Shown: positions 39,123 to 53,537, counted from the whole stretch's first letter. The stretch: DNA of 63,672 nt, filler included, from Choristocarpus tenellus KU-1152 (GCA_964200185.2; 13 parts of 13 records of this genome joined end to end with filler, not necessarily neighbours in it), one strand, 5' to 3'. Program-made: numbers and translations. The notes: generated by a model not told the origin, from the sequence alone.

Positions 39123-39268
39123 GAGCCAAAGTATCTTAGAGGGTAGAGACGCGTCCATTTGGGGGCCAAAATCCAGTGTTGCGATTTCAATGTAATTTTG
39201 GCTATTGTGTTTGTTAGGAAGTGTCAGCATCCTTGTCCGGATCCACCTTTTCATAACATACACATTTT
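39123..39268 (+). mobile_element. MITE family A, left-half fragment
   Basis: GAGCCAAAGTATCTTAGAGGGTAGAGACGCGTCCATTTGGGG...; it stops just before the internal hairpin. Confidence 0.85.
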
Positions 39269-40356
39269 GTGCAAAAATAGGACAATAGTGAGGTGTACCT
39301 TATTTTGTGTATGAGAGATAAGTAATTTTGATTGAGTTCATGTGATGTAACTAATGAGAAAATACATCAGAATTATGAATGGAATATGTATAGGATTTTT
39401 TGGTTTGAATTAAACTACTTTGATTTAATTGTTCACTTCTGTAGGAAGCATAAATAATAATAAACAAGCAGTGAGAAGACACCCCACAAAGGTCACTCTT
39501 CTAATTTCAAGTACCCATTCTCTTCACATTCAGCGAAAGGGGTCGTGTGAGGCTTCACACCTTCTTATCTTCACTACTGACAAATAGCATTACCTCCCAA
39601 GGTAATTTGCACAGGTTATGAGCCTAAGTAGTATGGAGACTGACCTGAAGAAACTTGCTGTCTGGACAGGGGCGACAGGAAGGTCATTGGAAACCTGGTC
39701 AACTTGGAGATTGTCACTGATCGCCTACACTGGTGGAAAGGGCTTGTACGAGATTACAACAAGGGACTACGAGATTCCCGAAACACCCACCACCATNNNN
39801 NNNNNNNNNNNNNNNNNNNNNNNNNNNNNNNNNNNNNNNNTTAATTAATTAANNNNNNNNNNNNNNNNNNNNNNNNNNNNNNNNNNNNNNNNNNNNGAGG
39901 GGCGCGGCGGGGGGAGTTGGGGAGGTGAGGGAGGGCGGGAGGTGGGAGTTGGGAGGGGGGGGGGGGGAGTGATGCGTTGCTTGTGTGGGGGCACAGTGAA
40001 GCAATCAAGAGGTACAGCCAGAAGGTTGGGGGGGTTCTGGTGTATGACTCCCTTCTTGCTTGTAGCCTTATTTTTTTTTGTTAGCAAATTTCCTCTCCTA
40101 CTGTACACTTTTTTTCAGTTTCATAGCGGTTGTGTTGGGAGGAGAGGCTGTGAGACAAGTGCATTCCAGGCACCAACTATGTCACACTTGGGTTGAGGTG
40201 TTGGTGTTGTGGAACCTTGCCTCTGAGGGGTGAATCATGGCTTTCTGACCCTGATCAACTCCTCGCTTGGTTTTGGATCGGTTCAAGAGTCCAGACATGT
40301 AAACCTCCCAAGACACACCTGGCACAGACCCTCGTCTCCTACTCTTGCCTCTGCAG

Positions 40357-43300
40357 GCGTTGGTTCATGTTGGGAGGGCTAACCGGAGCGGGCAGCTGCA
40401 GCAGTCTGGGTACAGTGACGAGGTTCCTAAGCTGGCGGACAAGATGATGGCACTCTTGGCGATTGCGACGAGCCTGGCACCGGGGGTGGTGATTGATGAG
40501 CAGGTTTTGTGGTGTTCTGTTTATACTTTGATGCTGCTTTGCTATTCCCAGATTTGGCTGTCGGGTGGGGGGGGGGGAGGGTGTCAGGTGGAGGGGAGAG
40601 GATTGGAACGGTATCCCAGTAAATCCATTCCACTCTTGTTCTTTTGTTTTTGTGTTGGGGAGTTTGATGCCTTTGTCCTAGAAGTTTGGTCTGATGTTTG
40701 ACTCCTTTTCAGTGCGTAATGGGTGTGCTGATCCGGTAGACTGGGAAGAATGTGTTTTGATGGTTTTAAATTTTTATGCAATGTGGTCATCTGGACTGTG
40801 TTAGTGAGCAAGGTGTTGTGCTGTCTTGGCAATACTCTGGTGTATTATGGTAGGGTGTAGCAGGCTCTTGTGGTATGTACCACATCAGAGTGGCATGTTC
40901 CACCTTATATAGGCACTCATCATCTGAGTGGGGCCTTGGCATGCAAGCTCCTGAAAGGAGGTTAGACTGTGTTGAAGGAGTATGGATCTATTTCAATGCC
41001 TTGTACATAGGTGTATGTTTCATCCCCCCTTCCCCCTTCATGCTACTCCATTCTCATTCCTGTCTGTCATCAGATGGCCGCATCCATGAAGGAAAAACAT
41101 CGGGACAAGTTAGCAAAGATGGGGGGGGGGGAAGAGTCTGCCTTCCGTGATCTGTTCATCTGGGCAGCCCCTAAGTTTGTTTCATCGTTCAACAGCAGGG
41201 ATTTCTTGGAGATGCAGGTTGGCGTTTTATGAAACGTAGTGTTGGGGGTGGCAGTTGGGTGGGTGACTAAGGCTAGACCCTAATTTGCAGGCAAGAAATG
41301 CAGGGGGGTTTTGTACTGGTACAATGAGATGGCCATGTTGGAGGGGTTGGAATGAAAAGAGCCCCTCTCATTGTTCAATCGTCTGTTGCAGTCTCAGAGC
41401 TTAACAAAATGGCCAGGGTACTCTTTTGATTATAGCTTCGACCACAATTACATCAAGGACAAGTCCCTGGGTTCCATGGACTCCACCTGAGAACTGAGTT
41501 GAAGGATTTCATGGGGTGTTTAAGGAGGTACTGTCCATGGGTGGCTTATTGCGTAGAGCCAACCATCCCAAGTGTTGAGGGTGTCTTGATAATCAAGATG
41601 ATGGTGTACCATACAGGTTGAAAGGGAGATGATAAGATGAACTTACCAAAGACCATACAGGTGTTCTCGAAGACTGGCGTAAGATGTGAAGATGACACCC
41701 TTATTATCTCGTTGGAACACTGTTGAGACCCCAAACTAATTATTGGGTTATACTCATTACATTTATGTTTTAAGTGTACAGATAATCTTTTTGTACTTGG
41801 TCCTAGCATCTATGTATGACCAGCTGATTTTTGTCTTCAAAGGTCTGTGCTAGACGAGATAACCATATTGTTGCTTTTGATGCTTTGGGATCACAACGGG
41901 CCACAAAATCTGGAGTAAATTTGACCGAAATGATGTTTTGGGGGGAGGGTTGTTTCATTCTAAAAATGGATCCATTTTAACAGCTGATAGTATTAGGAAA
42001 AGTTTCAAGACCTAGCTGTACGCCAAATCAGAATATCATAGATTAAGTCATTTATAATCTACTCTGGAGTATAGCCTAGAATGCACAAAGGTGCTCCCAT
42101 TGTTGTTAAGATCTATTCTAAGGGATAAATACTGGTGAGGGCAAGTTTCATGTGCTGTTATGGAAGTTGGGCATGATTGCATTGATTTGGTTGGGGTAGT
42201 TGAATCGTTGGCAATTATCTTCCCTGTATCATGTTGACTAAATGTCGTGGTGTGCTCTGTGTCAACTATTTATTTCGCAATGATACCTTCAAGTTCAAGA
42301 CATACTTGAGGAATAATGCTTTTATCAGGTCCCTGAATTACCTGCATCTAGCTATAGTATTGCTCTTGCCTGTTTGTCCATTACATCATCACCTGTAATT
42401 GCTGTGGAACTAGACCATATATCAGAGTAGCATTAAGTTGCAATCATAACACGCATATTTCCCCTCAAACAGAATTCCACTTGTTGTAAGCATTTATTGA
42501 TATTTTCTATCTGTTTGCCTTACCCCGACCTGCACCAACAGATCTCTCTCTTCTGTGAGGAGGTGAGGCAGCAGCTTTTGTTCCCTCAGATCCAATCGTA
42601 CCTCAAGCTGTATACCACCATTGGCCTGGATAAGATTGCTCGGTTCAACGGCATCCCAGAAGATGACTTCAGCGCGCAGCTTGTCTCAATGAAGCACAAG
42701 CTCACCCAGGTGGAGTGGGGCATGTCTGGAGACCAGTCGCTTCTGGAGGGCAAGACGGGGCTGGCCTTGGACTTCAACTTCTTCATCGAGGACAACACTG
42801 TTGTCATTGATGAGGCAGTAGCACGGGAACAGCAAGGGTGGGTGCCATGGCTGTATATGATTGTGTAAGATAATCCTCTCAAGTACGTAGCAGGGTTTAT
42901 TGTTACATAACCTCGTTTTTGTCCTTTGGTTTTTGTTGTTAAATGTTGAAAGTTCAATTTGGAGTTGCTATCTTACTTGCCAGTTGTCTGTGCTTGTATA
43001 TGGTGCGGTACTTCAACTTGGTTTTTTTTCTGTTGTTAATGTAGAGATTGGATAGTGGAGGTACTGTTTTGTTGTATTTTCTATTGGAAACGCTCCACGT
43101 TTTGTCTTGTAAATTGACCTGCATTTGTATCGAACCTCGAACCTGGTGTTGTTGCGGTCAAGGGTTGTGTAATCGTCATCATTATGACACCTACAGATAT
43201 GGTGAGGTTTGGATGCTACGAGGATGTATCACTGACAAGATCTTCTTTACCATGCTTCAACTTTAGCACCTGGTATACTTCTTGATCCCACTCTCTTCCT

Positions 43301-43493
43301 TGCCCTTTCTCGCCACATGTGTACCCCCGTCCCCTGGACTGCATTCGCTTTGGACTTGTGCGTGTATGTGCAAACACATTTCTGCGGCATTTTCTTGTAA
43401 ATCTGTGGTCGTGACAGTTACGAGAAGTACTTCATGGCTCAGATCTCCAAGTGCGAAAACATCACGGGACAGATCGCGCGGATAAAGATGTAA
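40357..43493 (+). CDS. EIF3L: Eukaryotic translation initiation factor 3 subunit L, C-terminal 4 exons
   Basis: Exons 40357-40503 (DKMMALLAI), 41074-41217 (EKHRDKLAKM..FRDLFIWAAPKF), 42542-42837 (FCEEVRQQ..IQSYLKLYTT..KIARF..MKHK..LDFNFFIEDNTVVI) and 43418-43493 (YEKYFMAQISK..stop), with compatible phases. Confidence 0.93.
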
Positions 43494-45035
43494 CTAGTGT
43501 TGCAACTTTCACCTGTGCACCTCTCTGTCTGTCAACGGGCTGAGTGACCTCTAACTAGGAAGATTGATGTGCATCATTCATTGAGACACAAGATTAGATG
43601 AGATAGGAGGCATGGACTTATAGCAAGTGGGACAAGTGGCGATCTATATTGGTCTAGGCATGTAATCCAGAGCGGTGTCTGCTCTTCCCTCAAAGTATGT
43701 GGGGGGTTGAGATTGCACCTGGTTGTCCACCTTTTCTTCCTCCCCTTCCCCCAGCAGCCAGTGCTGGAGTTAGGTGGATGCAAGTGCTGCACATTCCAAT
43801 GCACTTTGGGAGGAGTGTGGTTTGAAATATTTTTCCGAGATATCTTTTTACAAGTGCCCGGTTTATGTACTGCATCAAGTTGAATCTAGTTGTGCTCTGT
43901 GAGACCCATTCCCCATTCTCCAGCGCTCAGTGAACATGGTCCAAAGTCCACGCCTTGCCATCTAACCCCACCCTTTGGGTCACACATCATCTTCATAGCA
44001 GAAGAATAGTAATTAACATGCTTTTTTTGCCCCTAATTATTGCTCATGAGAAAAAGGACTTGGTAGCTACAGAGTTTATTGTAGTCAAATATTTGTCCGG
44101 AGCACTTGGTGGTCACAATGAGGTCTACAAAAACTCGCTTTAAGGTGCCCTGCCCCTGCAAAGCCTGAGGTGGTTTGTTGCTTGTGAGCAGGTGCTGTTG
44201 GGAAAGAGTTGGTAGTATCGTGGAGTTGTTGATACAGGCATGTATCTGTAGTAGAGGGGTTTGTGGCCTGAACATGGGGTGTCAAATGTCATGCCTTGCT
44301 CTTTTGGTTTTGTGTACTGGGTCTGTCGCACCTTCGTTGCCCAGGATGGTTTGGGGTCCAGGGGGAGGGGGGATTAGAATGCAAAAACAGAAGGAAAAAA
44401 AACTAGCAAGCATCAAAAGCCAATTTTAATTCACCACTGTTTTTTTAGTCAAACGTAAGACAAAAAGGAGGAATTATCGTGGTCATCCAAGCAAAAGGTA
44501 CGCAGGGAAGCACCTGACAATATATGCATGCTTTCGGCTCATGCACATGTACTTTTTCGGTCTCACAAGCAGGGACTCTGCTCTCGGTTGTTTGAGGCAT
44601 CATGCTCTGTACAGAGTCAAATGGAACTTGCTCGCTTTACTGCATTCCTAATTATTCATCCCATACTCACAGTGTTATTACACTAAGTTCCTTACAGTAT
44701 TAGAGTCAAACTAATCGAGAGGTAGACAGGTTTGGATCCTTCTGCATGCTAAGTCATCTTTCCTTGTTTTATGTGGACAATACTTGTTAAGAATATGCTT
44801 TTTATTCATGTGTAAAAGAAGATACTGTAGAAGAAACAATTTAAGAATGAAGAGACGNNNNNNNNNNNNNNNNNNNNNNNNNNNNNNNNNNNNNNNNNNN
44901 NTTAATTAATTAANNNNNNNNNNNNNNNNNNNNNNNNNNNNNNNNNNNNNNNNNNNNCACATACCCCACCTAAATATCTCGAATGTTCCGCATTATCTTC
45001 TGTGCATAAATAAAATAATACTTCAGATCATATTC

Positions 45036-48000
45036 TCACAAATGGTCAAGCATAATCTTGACACTGCTTACCACAACGTCTTTGCTAAAATCTTGCTTCC
45101 CTCTAAGGGCCCTTTCAGAATCTATGGAAACAGCCTGTCCCCTCAAATGACAGCAGTCACCTTTGCTTCCGCTGAAACTGCCACACCTTGCTCTGCCAGA
45201 TAATTCCTTGCCACAAGCCCTTCCACGGGTAGGACAGCAGTCCTTTTCTGAGTAGTTCAATAATACCATGTCACTCTCAGACCAGCATCGTGACAATACC
45301 TTTTTGTGATTTACAGCCCATCCCGTGCTTTCCATTCGTTCGGGGGTTGGGACCACCTTGTCCTCCACCTCTATATCCCCCCTTGCCTTCACTCTTTCCT
45401 CCTCTCTTGTCACAAGCCCCTCCTCAATCTCCGCCTTCAATCCTACTCTCACACTACTTCCAATTTCTATCTTCGTTTCTAGGGTCTTGTCCACCCTTTG
45501 CGTCATCTCTATCATGGCATCTTCTCTTTCCGGTTCACCTGCCTCTCCTAATTTTCCCATTACCACCCTCTGAGCATGGTGTCTGCTGGGTGTGGTACCA
45601 GGTGACACACTGTTAGTTGTGGACCTACTTGAGTCTTGTCCTTTCTCAGACCTGACCAGTTCTCGTCGTAATCTTAAAACCTCAGAGCGATGCATAGGCA
45701 GTCGATCCTGTTTTAGGGTAGGGATGCCATTTGTCCTCAAATTTTGTTCCTGGTGCATTTCTCTCACAGATAACCCCTCTGTAGTATCATTTTTCGCTGA
45801 GCGTATTCCTTGTCCAGCTTCTATACCCACTCTTGGTCTCTCTGCTGCAGTCCTCGGCCATGCATCTGATCCTCCCAGTGCGCCTCTCCCAGTTTCCTTG
45901 TCTATGTACGGTTCTCCACCTTGCCTAGGGGGTGCACTGTGGCCATGCACATTTCCTGAAAAACCCTGGGGGAAGAAGCTTGGTTAACTATTTATAGTTG
46001 CGACCTCTTCTGATAGGATACTGCATCAGCTACCCACCATTTGCATCGGAAGAGTAAGCACTGGTAGGGAATGTAAGAGGCAATGCGGTGGGAAGATACA
46101 GCAGAGAAGAAGCACTAGGGAGGGGTCATTGGTAGGACAAAGGAATGTGAGAAAGGGGTCGTTGCATGGCATTTTACAAAAATGCAATGATCTGTCCATC
46201 CACGGCAATAACCTGTAACTTCCTGTATATTGTGAGTGGTTACATTATACTCAACAAGGTAGTCTGCAGTGCTGCCTAACCCTAACCATAGCCCTAACCC
46301 TAAATATTCGCAGGATTAGTACATACTCATCTCATGGACCAAAGAAGAATCGAACCTCTCCCTCACCTTTCTTGTATCCATCTCGAGCTTCAGCCCCCCC
46401 CACTCCCAGTCGTCATCCCATTCCCATGCCTTCCAGTCCCATTCGATGCTCTCCTGGACTCTAACCTTAGAGATTCAGGCAGCAATTTCAGGGACACCCA
46501 ATATGTTATTCAGAACTATCTTCCAAGTGCTCTTGAGTGCTATGCATAAGGAATTGTCCATCCTCCTAGTTCATTTAAAATATTCAATATTATACAACCA
46601 GCCGCGTGGATTCCCCTGGACTCAATTGCCATGCACTGTGATGACAGGGATACACAATACTACTTTGAATGATAATCTTACCCCAAAGTAACTCCAAATA
46701 CCAGCATTGTCCTGAGCGTTTTTGAAGGATTCAATAAAATATCAAATGGTGGCAGAGATTCATACCCCCCTAACTGCATCTCATGTAGTTTTCTGAGGAG
46801 CAATGCTTGGGTAATGTGCTACCCCAGGGATTTGAGCCTGAAACACGCACAATATGAAAGGTTGCCTTTACATGGGATCATCAGAAGGACTTAGTATGCA
46901 CTTGGAGTATGATTCACGCGTTTTGAGTGAAAGCATCTTAGAGGGTACGAGTTTTGCCCTGTTTGTCCATTTGGGGCTTGGCTTCCCATGGGTTCTTTTG
47001 GGACATTTTCCTACTCCAAAAAATTTTTAGAGTAGGAAAATGTATACGTTATGAAAAGGTGTATCCAGAACAAGGGTATTGACACTTACTAACAAACATG
47101 ATAGCCAAAATTACATCAAAATCACAACATTGGATTTTGACCCCCAAATGGACGCATCCCTACCCTCTAAGTTACTTTGGCTCTTTATTGTGGTGTCCAG
47201 GGGTGCAACCCTCTGAGCTGTGGCGATCCTTTAGAAGATCTCGGTCTATGTTAACAAGAAAAGCACTTGGCTAGACAGGAACTCTAATAGCCATGACAAG
47301 ATAAATTTTGTCTTTCACTAAGAATGCATTTGATCCTTGTAATAGTCCTATAAATCTTGCAAGCTCCTTGATAGTGTTGGGCCCCTAGTGATGACCGTAC
47401 ACACTATAGACCACCCCATTTATACCCTCGAGTAAGAGTCACCCCACTGCTCTGATTTCTGATGTTGGGCCAATAAAAATGTTCAGGAAACTTGTATAAA
47501 GGGCTTGCTCGTTCGTTTGTCTTGTCCTTTCTAGTACCTCAAATTCTAGGATGCTTGCAATGGACGTGGAATCGCCTCTACATACTACCTACTGTACATA
47601 GTATGGATTTTTGGAGGGAGTAAGTGCCCATATCGTTGTAATTGCGCTACAGAATGTGGGAAGGAACGTTGCACCACAGGCGTGAAACGCAGAGAGGATG
47701 TGTGGCAAAGTGTGCGGGACTGTACATATTGCATGCATGGTTATATATATAACCTGTGCATCAACTCCGATGAACAAGAAGGAGGCATGGTTGAGAATTG
47801 TACGACCCTTCTGTAGATGCTATTTAATGGAGGAATTGGTAGTGCAGTGTGTCAGCTCTACTTACCAACCTCCAATAAGTGATAAAATTGCCCCAATGAT
47901 GTTTGTGACGCACGTACTGTTCGATGTAAACCTACCAGTTCTTGACAGCCTTGGGGAGCCCTAGATAAAACACAATGGTTGATCATATTATCAAGAAAAA

Positions 48001-48708
48001 TGGGTGATGACCTCCGCCAAACCCTATGTCTCAACAGGCAGCACTGACCCGTGTTTGGCATGGTGATGAACAGGATGTGTCTGTGTGGCATTGTTGTTCT
48101 TTGTTACTCTCACAGTAACAGTGTGAGGAGATCAGGGCACTACAACCATGAAAGAAGTCTGTGAAGCTAAGAACTTGTGTTGCGGTGTTTGCAGGATAAC
48201 CTTCGTTCTCGTGGCATTTTGTTTTCATTCTTGTTTTTGTGCAGCAGAAGTTTTGTAACCAAGAGGACAATGGGCGGACATATGCATAACCACAGACCCA
48301 TGCAAGGCCATACTTGCTCACCAGGGACTCAAGAGTGGTGGCAAGCTGTCGATTTGGGACCTTCCACAGCCGTGCAGGCAACAACGTAAGGCAGAACAGA
48401 CTGTCTGTGAACTCCCTCTCAGAGCAAGAGTCTTTCTGCATGTCCTCAACCTTGCCACTGCTGGTCTTCACTGGTCCATCACAATCGTCTTCCCTATCTT
48501 GGATCTCCACATGTTCATCATGACCTGATCCCTCTTCCTGTTCTTGCTCCCTGTCCCCCATAAAGTTGCCGCTGGATCTGTTCCCATTGGTTGTTCCAGG
48601 TTCTGTTGTCTCCTTCTCCTTTCCCCCGGAACTGTTTCTTTGTAGATGTTCTCTATGTCCCTCTCTTTGCTCATGTGCTGCCGTAGCCTCTGATCTGAGT
48701 TTAAGTGC
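45036..48708 (-). CDS. Unknown protein, partial, with large low-complexity (E/R/G/S-rich) exons
   Basis: Exon 48322-48708 (CAG/GTGAG, 129 codons), a possible small exon at ~47866-47960 and a 304-codon open frame at 45036-45950, all on the same strand. No domain recognised. Confidence 0.5.
46925..47183 (-). mobile_element. MITE family A, full copy
   Basis: TTTT|GAGTGAAAGCATCTTAGAGGGTAC...TACCCTCTAAGTTACTTTGGCTC|TTTA. Confidence 0.92.
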
Positions 48709-48804
48709 CTGTGAACGAGTTGTGTTGGGAGGTTGAGGGGTGGGTGAAATGAGACAACGATAAAGGTACGGCAAAGGAGACGGTCATTATTACAACCTTT
48801 TTTT

Positions 48805-48979
48805 GGCTCAAAGTATCTGGGGGGGGGGGGTGGCGGCTGTCCATTTGGGGTCAATTTTTTCATATCACGATTTTTGTGTGATTTGGTTGCATACATCGGA
48901 TGGATAATGTCAGTGCACTTTTCCTGGTTATGAACCAAATGGACAACCTGGTGTAGACCCCCCCCAGATACTTTGGGTC
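48805..48979 (+). mobile_element. MITE family B, full copy (175 bp) in a T-run target
   Basis: GGCTCAAAGTATCTG12TGGCGGCTGTCCATTTGGGG...CAAATGGACAACCTGGTGTAGACCCCCCCCAGATACTTTGGGTC. Confidence 0.92.
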
Positions 48980-49613
48980 TTTTGTGTTACATTTGGTAGC
49001 AGGCACAACAGTTGTTACCTTGTCTATAGAGCCTCAACATGAGTTGTTATATTGATGAAAACAATGGTCACCAGCAAAAAGACTCTGAGATGTGAGTGAT
49101 TACAGGTGTCCAATGGAGTGAGGAATTTGGTAGAGTCCACAGGGAAGAGGAAACGATGAGGACTAAAAGGGTTAGGGAGGTCTAAAAATAAGCAGGACGG
49201 CTGTGTACTTGGATTTTCTGGAGATACCGTTTGGAGGGAAGGGGATGCCTTCCTGTTTGGTAATGAAGGGCTCACAAACTACACCCCTCAGATCGGTGAA
49301 AATGTGTATCATTATTGTATTATTGACTTCCTTCTGCACTCAACTTTTCTCAGTCAATAGGGCGATGGGAGAGCAACGGTACAGTACATAGTACGTGTAG
49401 GACAGCCTAGGCATAAAAATTTGGAGTACATTCCATTAAGCCTCCCCCCCCCCTTGCCCGACCAACTCATGCAGCTATACATAACAAAAACCTCCCCCTG
49501 GTTTAACCATACTNNNNNNNNNNNNNNNNNNNNNNNNNNNNNNNNNNNNNNNNNNNNTTAATTAATTAANNNNNNNNNNNNNNNNNNNNNNNNNNNNNNN
49601 NNNNNNNNNNNNN

Positions 49614-49718
49614 CCCCAAATGGACAGCCGCCACCCCCTCCCAGATACTTTGAGCCAAGGGCCCATTTGGGCGCCCCAGTGCAGACCCCCCCCCTCCCTC
49701 ACCCAGATACTTTGGCCC
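49614..49718. mobile_element. Two adjacent MITE family B termini at contig start
   Basis: CAAATGGACAGCCGCCACCCCCTCCCAGATACTTTGAGCC (to 49656), then ..CCCAGATACTTTGGCCC (to 49718). Confidence 0.7.
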
Positions 49719-50060
49719 TTAATGGAAACACTTTCTCGTCCTAAGGATGTCAAAAAGTAATGAGGAGTCAGCTTTGTCTTTGTGTCTGTAAAAGTGTCGA
49801 TTGTTTGAATAGACTGAACATTGTGCAATCAATTTTGCAACTTCTCTTGTGGAACAAATTTCTTATATTCCTCAAGAGGTCCTGAATTACACCATTAGTA
49901 CTAAGACGACACTTGGACCACCCCCACACCCAGGTAATTAACTAGGGTAAATGCGCTTGAACTGATCGGGACAAGTTTGTGTTAGAGAAGGAACGGCACA
50001 GTGGGGCTGGATTACTACATATAGATGGGGATAGTGGAAGACCTGAGGAGGTCACGTAGT

Positions 50061-50248
50061 GGTTCAGAGTATCTGGGGGGGGGGGTGGCGGCTGTCCATT
50101 TGGGGTCAATTTTTTCATGTCGTGATTTTTGGCTGATTTGATTTTATAGATCGGATGGATAATGTAAACGCACTTTTCCTGATCTTTGCTAAATGGACAC
50201 CCTGATGTAGACCCCTCCACACACCACCACCACCAGATACTTTGGGTC
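50061..50248 (+). mobile_element. MITE family B, full copy flanked by AGT/AGT
   Basis: AGT|GGTTCAGAGTATCTGGGG...CAGATACTTTGGGTC|AGT. Confidence 0.9.
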
Positions 50249-52329
50249 AGTCGATGAGGGAGAACGGGGAACGGGAGGTGACGGCTTGATTATTAGACCA
50301 TACGTGAGGTGGGAAACTTTGCCAACTTCAATACATCTAGTTAGGTAGCTCCAGAGCTGTTAGGAAATGATGTTGTAATGGTCAACCAGAAACTACCGAT
50401 GGAGTGACACAGCGCATAAATGGAATCACAATGCGAAAAATTGGCATCTCCACGGCAAAAACAACAAATTCACAAATCGGAAGCTGGCATTTCATCATTG
50501 TGGCAATTGCCACCAACCCTTTATTGCTCTCACAGTGGCACAGCCACCTTTGACCTCACACTTATGACCGGGGTTAGTTCCAACCTCAACTATAAGATTA
50601 CTGTAATTCTTGGGGCAGACTCGTCAGGACACTGTGACAGCCCTGAGGTGAGACTAGAGATGGATGTAGGGGAAGGGGGTAGGGGCTAGCACAGGATCAC
50701 AACTCACGGCATGGGGAGTCACGAGGAGGGCGGCAGACACTACAGGAAGGCAACATAAAATAGAGAGGGTCAAGGCATAGTCAGCGAGGGCAAAACCAGG
50801 GCAAGAGGGGGTGTAAGGGTGTGAGGCAGTCACTTTTGTGCCCAAAAGAAGGAGAGGAAGAGGGTCAAGCAAGTTGAGGAGATACTACTAAAATACACTA
50901 CATAGGTTTCATCTCCATGATATTATTTCTGCAAAAAATCTTCGGTAGTCCTATGTGTGGACTGTGTTTGAATTGGTACATTTTTGGGTTAACAATGCGG
51001 GCAACATGACATGGACGGAATTCTCACTCCACTCGAATGTCTCCAATGTCCTTGAAAACAATATTTGTCTACGAAGGGGTCTTCTGGCTACATACTGTCG
51101 CATATTGAACTTTGTAACATTTAAAATTAATATTCAGAGAGATGTAATATTGTAGTGATGTTTTAAAGTACTAGAACTTGGACATTGAATGTCGATGTGA
51201 AAGGCTTCTTCTGGTGGACCAGATCTTCCATTGAACTTTTACTGTTTGTTTATTGAGAAAGTATCAAGATCTTGACTGAACTTTTTCTCTGCAGTATATA
51301 CGATATACAACAGCTTCCATATTTTGGGAGTGAATACTGATGGTAGTAAGTTGTGCAGACAGAGGTTGGAAAACAGTATTTCAAACCGTGACATATTACA
51401 GTACTATGTTCCATTGTCTTATCTGACCTATCTCTATTATTGTCGTTGGTAAAGACATATTATCAAATACTCCGTAGTATACAAGTATTGAGGAAATTTT
51501 ATCAAATAGGACAAAAAAAGTATTGAGGACTTTTTATCGAACTTCATACAAGTATTATTGAAAACGTTAATCAAATACCACACAAGCACTACTCAAGAAA
51601 CAAAAAATCTCACTAAACATCAACCTATGTCTTCCCCACGAAACCCTTGACACCACCTTCTACCCACCTTGTTTCAACCTCAAGAATAATTATATATTTT
51701 TTGCAGAAGATCAACATGTTGGAAATTTTCAATCAAAAAGCAGACTGCACCGTCTCAACCCCCACAACCCGCCCATAGACCACAATTGTACTCGACACGT
51801 GGGTGTATATGCTAAGTAGTTCAAGTATTGGATCAAGGGACCAGATTTTAGTGAAACGGAAAAACTGCAGCCGAACAGGTTCGAACCCATAGAACTCATG
51901 TGCGTAATGTATGTACCAACAACAAACTCAACATAATTGTGTTACAGCACTACACACAATTTTTTTTAAATCTTCACCAAACATATGATAGGGTTTGCGA
52001 TACTTTGTGTATCTGCTTCACATACAGGACTCTAGATGAAAACACCATCACTGTTAGCGCCCGCCCTTCTGAGAGTGAGGGTTTGGACACCCTTCCTTGG
52101 CGATAAATTGACCTCTATGCCGAGGCAAGGAATTAGAAGAGTGTACTCTGCGCACGTCTCAGGTCTAGGCGAGTGTGGTGTCTTTGAAATACGCAATCGA
52201 TGTATGTCGTTTGAGATGGAGGAAGTTTACACGAAGGGAGAAGGAATCAACCTGTGTCTGCTGGCATGGGGTTAGTTCATTATCTCTCTGAGCAAAAGAA
52301 AGGGCGTCTGAACTTTGTGTCTTTGCCTA

Positions 52330-53200
52330 GGAAAGACCGCCCACATCGCTCCTTGCTACATGGGTTGCGAGGGAGTTCATAATCTTATTTCTTTGAAATT
52401 TGTTAAACCTGCTATGGTTCACATCGAGTGACTCCTTGCATATAGGAACAGACTGTCGTGGGTAGTCACCAAATTTCAATCTGGGGACTTGGTAATGCCA
52501 AACTTGACACGGATCTGTACAAACCCACTGGCGTGATTTTGGGACAGACACTACTTCGAGGCAGGTTTCGTCCACTATGGTGAGGAAGTGGGAGTTGCCG
52601 TGGGGCTTAGACGAGAAAGGTGCGCCACGGAAGCTTACGCGGACCCTGAGAGCCCTTCCTTTTGTCGAAGATAATGTTTCAGGGGCCGATTGCTTCACAG
52701 TCATGAGGTAAAGTACTTGGATGATTGTGTTCATGTATGTGTGTTGTGCTTTGGTGCAAGCACAATGGTGTGGATCATGGGCTCTCAGACTATTGGGAGT
52801 GCTAGTAGGAGATACGTTGAACCTGGTGGAACTCCGTCCTTAATATTCGTCGATGTCCGTACCACGCAATAGTACTGTGAAGCTATATTTTGTAGGAACC
52901 AGTCCACAAAGTGTGTCCTCTCCTGTGTACTTGTACTATTTTCTCACCTGGGGTGCATGTAGTCGTGCCTCCAGGTTTTATATTTCAATGACCTGCGAAG
53001 CATGCAATTGCATCTGATACTTAAGTCTCGAGACTATGTGTTCACGGCTTTACCATCCAGCTTTTCCTCGTTAACGGCTTGTGTAGTTGAGGACAATATA
53101 TTGGGGAACATCTTCTGGAATGACCAGTACATCGTTACATACCTGAAGGGCCAGTAAAACGACTTCGTTTAGATTTTTGGTGGAAGGTTATGCCCATAAC
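52330..53200 (-). mobile_element. Possible very decayed Ty3/Gypsy-type pol (integrase) remnant
   Basis: RVSFRGAPFSSKPHGNSHFLTIVDE resembles the rve start (D..GPLP.S.GN.Y.L.IVD). The flanking sequence is riddled with stops. Confidence 0.35.
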
Positions 53201-53481
53201 CCCATTGGCAGATGATTGAAACAACCGGTGCACCCCTACCAAGAATAAACACCAGTAGAATCGCCAAGCCTCAAACCCCTCCAGCGCTCACACCCTCTAC
53301 TTCTACCCTTCTTTCGCACTCTCCAAAAACGTCGTCGTGTCGTAAATCGATGGACCCGTAAGCTTCAACATGCTGGCACAGTGTTTGGCGAGCTCTGACT
53401 ACTTCCCACACATGCCCCCCAAGGAGATGAGGGAGAAAAACCGCTGGCCAAGGGCAAGTATTAAGGAACTGGTGGAATACC

Positions 53482-53537
<56 letters not shown>

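Noticed and set aside
51850-51900. GGTTCGAACC B-box / tRNA 3' half-like sequence
   Set aside because: No D-arm, anticodon arm or matching acceptor strand could be folded; at most a tRNA/SINE relic.
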